Assembly (NCBI GenBank): GCA_965198235.1
Contig: OZ240248.1
Span: 1,952,001 to 2,016,000, forward strand
Direction of reading: 5' to 3'
DNA: 64,000 nt
Origin: Candidatus Poribacteria bacterium
GTDB lineage: Bacteria > Poribacteria > WGA-4E > WGA-3G
Shown: one piece after another, positions 57,592 to 64,000 of the stretch
How the letters are laid out: every line of letters starts with the position of its first letter
Position numbering within the stretch: position 1 is the stretch's first letter
Made by a program: the position numbers and the translations under genes
Notes under the pieces: generated by a model
The model's database searches: none
What the model was told of the DNA's origin: nothing
The model's input: the letters and a program-made list of their open reading frames with translations, nothing else

Positions 57592-57838
57592 AAACAACAG
57601 CAAAGTATTACGTTTGCAGGCAAGAAAACCTTATTTTTAATTGAACGCCAAGCGTGCACTCAGACCCCATGGTAGGATGTGGTGTCTTGTCGAACCCGCG
57701 CTGCGCCGATGTTGCAGTGCTACATGCCTTGGCCAATCCTTTAAAAAATCCCGTTTGACTTAACCGAAAACCATCGTGAAACGTAGTGGAACGATGCGCG
57801 AAGGCCAATCCTTTAAAATCCTTAAAAGAGGAGAAAAG

Positions 57839-59989
57839 ATGCATTACAGGATCGTTCTTTTGTTGTTCGTAATGATTGTTGCAGCAAACTTAAATGTCGA
57901 AGCCAGCAAAGAAATTAGGCCAGTGTTCACCCAAGATACAATCGAAATTGACGGGCATCTCAACGAGGAAGATTGGGCGCGGGCACAAGTCATCGATGAC
58001 TTTACCCAACAATCACCCGATGAGGGGCAACCAAGTAGCGAACGCACAGAGGTTCGTATGTTGTATAGCACCGAGAAGCTTTACATCGGGTTTGAATGTT
58101 ACGACTCCGAACCTAAAAAGGTTGTTGCGAACGAAATGCGGCGCGACGGGCAGCTTTGGCAGAATGACAACGTTTACGTGATGCTTGACACTTATGGTGA
58201 TAAAAGACAGTGCGTCTTTTTTCGCATGAATGCGCTCGGGGCACAGTCAGACACCGCAGTCACAGACGGCGGCGAAAATCTTAACGGGAGTTGGGACTGT
58301 ATCTGGGAAGCTGCTGGACGGCGACACGATAAAGGGTGGACAGTTGAGATCGCGATCCCCTTCAATCAGCTGCGGTTCAAAAAAGACGATTCGATGGTGT
58401 GGGGTGTGAATTTTGGACGCAATATCGCGCGAAAGAATGAAACGACACAATGGATACAGGTCCCTCGAAGTGAAAGTTGGCCCGGCACCTATCACCCGAC
58501 GTATCAAGGCAAACTGATTGGGCTACAGGGTGTTGCATCACCATCATATTTTGATGTCAAGCCGTATCTGATCGGCGGTTTGGCGAGGCATCTCAGCGAT
58601 GGAGATTGGCAGCGAACCACCGAACAGGACCTCGGGCTCGATATGAAATACGGTGTGACATCGAACCTGACATTGGATATGACGTTAAATACGGATTTTG
58701 CACAGGTAGAGGCAGACCAGGAGGAGGTTAACCTCACACGATTCAGCCTCTTTTTCCCGGAGCGGCGCGAATTTTTCCTCGAGGGCAGCGGGCTGTTCGC
58801 CTTTGGCGCAGGTATTGGAGACTTCGGTCCACCGCCGCTGGCCGTTTTTTACAGTCGCCGCATCGGCATTGAAGACGGTAAACAGGTTCGACTTCTTGGA
58901 GGCGGTAAGCTGACAGGAAAGGTCGGAGCTTACAGTGTGGGTGCGCTCAACATGACAACCGCTGCCTCACCAGAATCGCCCATGACAAACTTTTCTGTGC
59001 TAAGAATGCAGCGCGATATTCTCAGTGATTCAAGCGTCGGTTTTATTCTCACCAATCGGCAGAGCGACCTCGGCGAGTATCATCGCAACGGCGGAATAGA
59101 CCTGTTTTTTAGACCCCATGATCAGTGGCGGATGCGCGCAATGACCGTGGGGAGTTGGTCTCCAGACCCGGACGAGCGCGATTTCGCATGGTATCTCTCA
59201 AACGACTGGCGCAACGATTATTTTCATATCAATGCGTCTTATCTTGACATCGGTCCCCAATTTACGAGTAAAATGGGGTTCATGCATCGACGAGACATCC
59301 GCTCGTTGATGTTGAATGCCGATTACGAAGTCCAAGTTAGGCGGTATGGTGTCCGAGATGTTGGAGCGATTTTCAATGGCAGTTACCTATTAGACCACGA
59401 TAACAGACTTATCGGTTGGGACGTGGGAGTTGGTGGAGATATGCTCTCGGAGTCCGACGATGGATTCAATCTCGATTTCCGTCGGTTTTTCGACCGTGTT
59501 GAGGAATCTTTCAGCATCGGTGGTGTTGAGATTCCCGTTGGCGATTACGAGATGAATCAAGTTTCCCTAATGGCTTTCACTGAGACCAGTCGTCCGTTCG
59601 CTGTATTCGGTGGTGTGGATTATGGGGATTACTTTCACGGCAACCACGTGAGTTTTAACATTGATAGTCAGTGGCGGATGACCTACCAACTCGCGATCGA
59701 AACACGATACCAGCGCAATTGGATTCACTTGCCCGAAAGCGATCTGTTCACGACAAACATTGTCGGCACACGTATCAGTTATGCGTTGAATACCCGTTTC
59801 TTTACCAAATTGTACGCACAATGGAACGATAGTGCAGAACGGGCAAGCGCGAATTTCTTGCTCAATTACATCTATCGTCCGGGAAGCGATTTTTATTTCG
59901 TGTTCGATCAGGCATGGAATGCAGCGGACGGTTTGCGGGAGCACGAATGGACAGTATTGAGCAAGTTTACCTATCTGTTCAGTTTATAG
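57839..59989 (+). CDS. CBM9 + DUF5916 protein (putative outer-membrane beta-barrel)
   Basis: Signal peptide; IDGHLNE..W, GWTVEIAIPF, NTDFAQVEAD...NLTRFSLFFPERREFFLEG, ends KFTYLFSL; GAGGAG RBS before ATG 57839. Confidence 0.88.
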   Translation: MHYRIVLLLFVMIVAANLNVEASKEIRPVFTQDTIEIDGHLNEEDWARAQVIDDFTQQSPDEGQPSSERTEVRMLYSTEKLYIGFECYDSEPKKVVANEMRRDGQLWQNDNVYVMLDTYGDKRQCVFFRMNALGAQSDTAVTDGGENLNGSWDCIWEAAGRRHDKGWTVEIAIPFNQLRFKKDDSMVWGVNFGRNIARKNETTQWIQVPRSESWPGTYHPTYQGKLIGLQGVASPSYFDVKPYLIGGLARHLSDGDWQRTTEQDLGLDMKYGVTSNLTLDMTLNTDFAQVEADQEEVNLTRFSLFFPERREFFLEGSGLFAFGAGIGDFGPPPLAVFYSRRIGIEDGKQVRLLGGGKLTGKVGAYSVGALNMTTAASPESPMTNFSVLRMQRDILSDSSVGFILTNRQSDLGEYHRNGGIDLFFRPHDQWRMRAMTVGSWSPDPDERDFAWYLSNDWRNDYFHINASYLDIGPQFTSKMGFMHRRDIRSLMLNADYEVQVRRYGVRDVGAIFNGSYLLDHDNRLIGWDVGVGGDMLSESDDGFNLDFRRFFDRVEESFSIGGVEIPVGDYEMNQVSLMAFTETSRPFAVFGGVDYGDYFHGNHVSFNIDSQWRMTYQLAIETRYQRNWIHLPESDLFTTNIVGTRISYALNTRFFTKLYAQWNDSAERASANFLLNYIYRPGSDFYFVFDQAWNAADGLREHEWTVLSKFTYLFSL

Positions 59990-60029
59990 TGTTCGTAGGC
60001 GTGATCTTTACGCTAAATCAAACTTCGTC

Positions 60030-60059
60030 TTGATATTTCTTATTCAAACCTGCTATAAT
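60030..60059 (+). promoter_or_regulatory. Sigma70-type promoter
   Basis: TTGATA-18 bp-(TG)TATAAT upstream of the aspartyl protease. Confidence 0.55.
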
Positions 60060-60117
60060 TATCAGGGGCAATGCGACACGCAATTTCAGAATTCAACGCT
60101 AAGAGAAGAGGGAAAAA

Positions 60118-60531
60118 ATGAGACACACAACACAAATTGAACTCGAAAATCAATATGACTTGGTAGCAGTAAAACTAGGCGTTATGAATCCAGAAGATGT
60201 GCGGCGGCTCACCGTCACAGATGCCCTTGTTGATACCGGTGCGACGGGACTCTGCCTGCCAACTCCCCTCATTGAACAACTCGGTCTCACACCCATTAAA
60301 ATGGCGCGGGCCCGTACCGCCACTGGCATTGTTGATAGGATGCTTTACTCGGCAGTCCAATTTACAATATTGGAACGAACAAGTCTAATACAGATCACCG
60401 ATTTGCCCGAGGGATCGCCTGTCCTCGTCGGGCACATCGTATTGGAACATCTCGATCTCTGTGTTGATATAAAAAAGGGGCTCATCTATAACCCCGCACA
60501 TGATGGCGAATGGATTACGGAGATCCTCTGA
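60118..60531 (+). CDS. Clan AA (retropepsin-like) aspartyl protease
   Basis: ALVDTGA..LCLP, VLVG...LE. Confidence 0.88.
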   Translation: MRHTTQIELENQYDLVAVKLGVMNPEDVRRLTVTDALVDTGATGLCLPTPLIEQLGLTPIKMARARTATGIVDRMLYSAVQFTILERTSLIQITDLPEGSPVLVGHIVLEHLDLCVDIKKGLIYNPAHDGEWITEIL

Positions 60532-60555
60532 TAACTGGTAAGGAAGGTTTTAAAT

Positions 60556-61194
60556 ATGATAGAGTTGGATAACTTCGCGGGGCACAACGTTCACTTGGAA
60601 ACTGAGCGGTTGAAGCTTCGACCCTTTAAAGATGCAGATTTCGATATTGCCGTCCCTTTTTACAACGACCCCGATTTCCTACAGGCGATGGAGGAATCGC
60701 CGCCTGATGAACCCATAACAAGAGACTATCTCAAAAGCGCAGGCAAGGCGATGGCAAAAGACGGTTTTTTCTTCGCAATCGTAGAAAAAGCAAGCGGACG
60801 CACCATCGGCGAGGTATGTTTGCAGTGGATGAATTTGGAGCGGGCAAAGGTTGAAGGTGAGAAGGTAATGCGCCTGCCCATCGGAATTTGGGACAAAACC
60901 CTGTGGGGTAAAGGCTACGGAAAAGAGGTCGTGCGATGCTTGATGGCGCACGCATTTGAGAAATTGGGAATTGACCGATTCTGTCCAGTGGATGTCCGGG
61001 CAGACAACGCCCGTTCAAAAGCGTTGTGGCAGTCACTTGGGTTTGTCGTTTCAAGGGAAGTGGATGACGGGAAGACATTGGACTTTGAGATCACACGCGC
61101 GGAATATGAGAAACTTGTTCAACGGAATTTCAAATCAGTGGAGGCACGCCATCACGATGATCGTGATCGCGTGACCTCCGAAGAGGAGTCTTGA
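60556..61194 (+). CDS. RimJ/RimL-type GNAT acetyltransferase
   Basis: LETERLKLRPF, WGKGYG.E, DNARSKALWQSLGF. Confidence 0.88.
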   Translation: MIELDNFAGHNVHLETERLKLRPFKDADFDIAVPFYNDPDFLQAMEESPPDEPITRDYLKSAGKAMAKDGFFFAIVEKASGRTIGEVCLQWMNLERAKVEGEKVMRLPIGIWDKTLWGKGYGKEVVRCLMAHAFEKLGIDRFCPVDVRADNARSKALWQSLGFVVSREVDDGKTLDFEITRAEYEKLVQRNFKSVEARHHDDRDRVTSEEES

Positions 61195-62543
61195 TGTTCA
61201 GCACACAACTTGCCAAGCGGGCAGCGGAGAATAATCCGATCCGTGTTGGTATCATCGGTGCGGGAAAATTTGGTGCCGGACTGGTGGCGCAAATCTCGCA
61301 GATGCAAGGCATGGTGGCGAGCGCAATCGCCGACATCGACTTGGAGCACGCTAAAGGCGCGTATAAAGCCAGCAGTGTCCCGTCCGACGCGATTCAACAG
61401 GTAGGAAACGTTGACGCGATGAACGATGCGATCCGCAGCGATAAACGGGCAATCACTGAAGATGGACTGCATATTATTCAGTCGGATCTAATTGAAGTCG
61501 TTGTGGAAGCCACCGGTATTCCAGAGGTCGGCGCGCAAATGGCGTACCAGACCCTGATGCACAAGAAACACCTCGTGATGGTTAACGTGGAAACCGATGT
61601 TACTGTAGGTCCGTTTCTGAGACGCTTGGCAGACAACGCAGGGGTCGTCTATACACTTGTTGATGGGGATCAGCCCGGTGTGACGATGAACATCGTTGAA
61701 TGGTCGAAAACGCTCGGTTTTGAAATCGTCGCTGCCGGACGCGGCACCGTATTCTATGACGATGACCGTGTCGGGATACCAGATACCGTCCCGCAGCGAT
61801 TCGGGTTTAGTCAGGAACATATTGAGCGTCGCACGATTAACTTCAAGATGTTTAATTCGTTTCGGGATGGGTCGAAAGCACAGATTGAGATGACCTCGTT
61901 GGCGAATATGGCAGGGCTACCACCGGATGTGCGCGGTATGCACGAACCGTCAGTGAATATTGAAGACATTGCCAAGGTTTTCAGCCTTCAAGAGGAGGGT
62001 GGTATTCTAAACCGACATGGTGTCGTTGAACTCGCAAACAGTATTGGCACTGATGGCAAGACACTGCTGGACAACCCGCTTCGGATGGGTGTATTCGTTG
62101 TTATTCGGACCGATCATCCGTTCACGCAGGAGGATCTTGCTGGCTACAATCTGTATCCGGGTGGGAATGGAAAGAACTATCTCCTTTATCGTCCCTATCA
62201 CCTTGTGGCTGTTGAAGCCCCAATTTCAATTGCGAAAGCCGCCCTCTATGGACAACCAACAGGGACACCGCTGCCAACACCTGTTGCCGATGTGATCACG
62301 GTTGCCAAACGCAATTTGAAAGCGGGAGAAGTCCTTGATGGAAGTGGTGGGTATACCGTTAATGGACTAATTGAAAAGACAGAAATTGCACGCACTGAGA
62401 ATCTGCTTCCCCTCGGTTTGGTGGACGACGTTAAACTCAAACGCGATGTCCTCCAAGGGGAAGCGGTCTCTTATGATATGGTGGAGCTAAACGAGGACTC
62501 TTTCGTCCTCAAACTCCGCCGCCTCCAAGACGCAACCGCCTGA
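61191..62543 (+). CDS. NAD(P)-dependent oxidoreductase (homoserine-dehydrogenase-like) with C-terminal SAF domain
   Basis: GIIGAGKFG, VEATG, NVETD, GDQPG, DGSK..IEM, AKRNLKAGEVLDGSGG. Confidence 0.85.
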   Translation: MMFSTQLAKRAAENNPIRVGIIGAGKFGAGLVAQISQMQGMVASAIADIDLEHAKGAYKASSVPSDAIQQVGNVDAMNDAIRSDKRAITEDGLHIIQSDLIEVVVEATGIPEVGAQMAYQTLMHKKHLVMVNVETDVTVGPFLRRLADNAGVVYTLVDGDQPGVTMNIVEWSKTLGFEIVAAGRGTVFYDDDRVGIPDTVPQRFGFSQEHIERRTINFKMFNSFRDGSKAQIEMTSLANMAGLPPDVRGMHEPSVNIEDIAKVFSLQEEGGILNRHGVVELANSIGTDGKTLLDNPLRMGVFVVIRTDHPFTQEDLAGYNLYPGGNGKNYLLYRPYHLVAVEAPISIAKAALYGQPTGTPLPTPVADVITVAKRNLKAGEVLDGSGGYTVNGLIEKTEIARTENLLPLGLVDDVKLKRDVLQGEAVSYDMVELNEDSFVLKLRRLQDATA

Positions 62544-62571
62544 AAAGCCGTTCATCGAGAATTCCGATAGG

Positions 62572-63588
62572 CTATGCCCACGGATCCAGCACAACCTTAC
62601 CACATTCGCCTGTCGCTTGCAATTCCCACGCTTTCTGTACTTCATGCATCGGGAAAGTGTGTGTGATAAACGTATCTATCTGTTCGGATGAATCTTGGAT
62701 CACCTTCATCAATCTTGGATAGACACCGAGGTTGTAGTGCCAATTCCCGCGTAGAACCAGACCTTTCCGAATCATATCGCGGCTTGCGGCAAGCGGGAAT
62801 TCCCCACCTTCTCCAATGAACGTAACCTGTCCTTTTCTTCGGGCGGCATCGACCATCAACCGATGTGCCGCAGACGCGCCTGAGCAGTCTGCTGCTTTGT
62901 CAACACCGATTCCGTCCGTAAAATCGCGAATCTGATCAAGGATATCCTCATCATTCGGGTTCAAGACGATGTCTGCACCTAACTTTTTCGCGAGTTCGGC
63001 GCGATACGGGTGGCTTTCTACGCCGATGACGCGCGCGCCACGGTACCGTGCATTGATAATCCCTCCAAGTCCAACGGGACCCAATCCAGTAACCATGACT
63101 GTATCTAACGAATTGACTTGCATCTGCTCCATCGCGCCAAACGTCGGTCCCAATCCACAGCACGCCATCCCAGCGTGTGTGTAGCTCACACCCTCTGGAA
63201 TCGGAGACAACAAATCTTCCATTTTGTGCATATACTGTGCATAAGTCGCTGAAGCTGGATCCGTACCGAGGATTTCCCCAATGTTACGTCCCGATGTACA
63301 GTGAATGTGTTCACCAATGGCACACATAGGGCACTGACCACAAGAATTCTGGGGCTGCACCACCACGCGGTCTCCTACCTTAACACGACCGGGTTGTGCG
63401 ACTTCAACGACTTCACCAGCGGCTTCGTGTCCAAAGTGTTCGCCAGTGCCTCCAGATATGAATCCTTTATATTCTGTGCACATGGGGACAGCGTGAATTT
63501 TGACAACGACGACATCTCCTGCTGCTCGAGGGTCTGGTTTGTCTACCACGCCCCCTTTACCCTCACCAAACATTGCTGCAACCTGCAT
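62572..63588 (-). CDS. Zinc-binding (MDR) alcohol/sugar dehydrogenase
   Basis: CTE, GHEAAG, C..C..C.......C, GLGPVGL; start at ATG 63588. Confidence 0.92.
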   Translation of the reverse strand: MQVAAMFGEGKGGVVDKPDPRAAGDVVVVKIHAVPMCTEYKGFISGGTGEHFGHEAAGEVVEVAQPGRVKVGDRVVVQPQNSCGQCPMCAIGEHIHCTSGRNIGEILGTDPASATYAQYMHKMEDLLSPIPEGVSYTHAGMACCGLGPTFGAMEQMQVNSLDTVMVTGLGPVGLGGIINARYRGARVIGVESHPYRAELAKKLGADIVLNPNDEDILDQIRDFTDGIGVDKAADCSGASAAHRLMVDAARRKGQVTFIGEGGEFPLAASRDMIRKGLVLRGNWHYNLGVYPRLMKVIQDSSEQIDTFITHTFPMHEVQKAWELQATGECGKVVLDPWA

Positions 63589-63689
63589 AAAAATATAGTA
63601 ACCGAGACTCTCCACAGCCCGATATAGACTGACAAAGTTTGTTGTGGAGAGAAAAGGTCGTCCTCCTCCTAAAAAGTGTTGATTGGGGT

Positions 63690-63779
63690 AGGATAGCACA
63701 GCAGGTGCAATCCGTCAAGACATATTTTCGAGGCTCGGCGGTTTCTGAGGCAATTGAGAATTTGACAATTGATTCATAA
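63690..63779. promoter_or_regulatory. Divergent sigma70 promoter region
   Basis: Minus: TTGACG-17-TATCCT (63718-63690). Plus: TTGACA at about 63762, then 18 bp and TAAAAT just beyond the interval. Confidence 0.5.
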
Positions 63780-63840
63780 TCGTGATAAAATTATTGGGAT
63801 TTAACCCGCGCAAACATGGTATATTGATGAAGGAGGAAGG

Positions 63841-64000
63841 ATGGCATCTGAACAAACAGATTTAACACCAGCGCAAAAAACGTTTTATCAAGAGAACGGG
63901 TATCTCGTTCTTGAAAGTGTCTTCTCGCAAGAAGAGTGTCAACGTTTTGTTACGCACATGGAAGATCTTCACACAGGGCACAAGCAGCTTGAAGGGTTCT
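63841..64000 (+). CDS. Phytanoyl-CoA dioxygenase family protein, partial (runs off window end)
   Basis: MASEQTDLTPAQKTFYQENGYLVLESVFSQEEC...: typical PhyH N-terminus; AGGAGG RBS. Confidence 0.75.
   Translation, partial: MASEQTDLTPAQKTFYQENGYLVLESVFSQEECQRFVTHMEDLHTGHKQLEGF

Noticed and set aside
63589-63699. 37-residue N-terminal extension of the zinc dehydrogenase
   Set aside because: Its GTG overlaps the predicted promoter -10 region and the residues do not resemble an MDR N-terminus
1-64000. CRISPR array, rRNA or tRNA genes
   Set aside because: No regularly spaced repeat-spacer series, cloverleaf or rRNA signature seen; the repeats are dispersed REP/MITE-like units

Overview
Gene-dense bacterial window of about 50% GC. 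Gene content and repeat style point to Candidatus Poribacteria or a relative (inference): LamG and TolB-like secreted proteins with a shared C-terminal motif, PhyH dioxygenases, a sulfatase, CBM9/DUF5916 proteins and trypsin-TPR. It carries about 55 intact CDS, mostly catabolic or small-molecule-modifying enzymes, plus a HigBA toxin-antitoxin pair, an ABC-ATPase + DUF4276 (TOPRIM-like) pair, and a heterodimeric ABC exporter. There are several gene fragments, a decayed IS200/IS605 tnpB with two miniature derivatives, and many REP-like intergenic repeats. No rRNA, tRNA or CRISPR array was seen. Best leads: (1) an RsgA GTPase fused to an N-terminal ADP-ribosyltransferase-like domain, next to a divergent nucleosidase; (2) a promoter- and terminator-bounded structured RNA candidate at about 57.3-57.6 kb; (3) a C-terminal 'V-x-P-x-x-K-L-A-T-T-W-G-x-L-K' putative sorting signal on three secreted proteins of two different folds; (4) the ATPase-DUF4276 putative defence pair; (5) eroded attC-like boxes among cassette-type genes; (6) a repeat that supplies the ribosome-binding site of unrelated genes. 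All calls come from manual motif recognition; no searches or folding programs were run.
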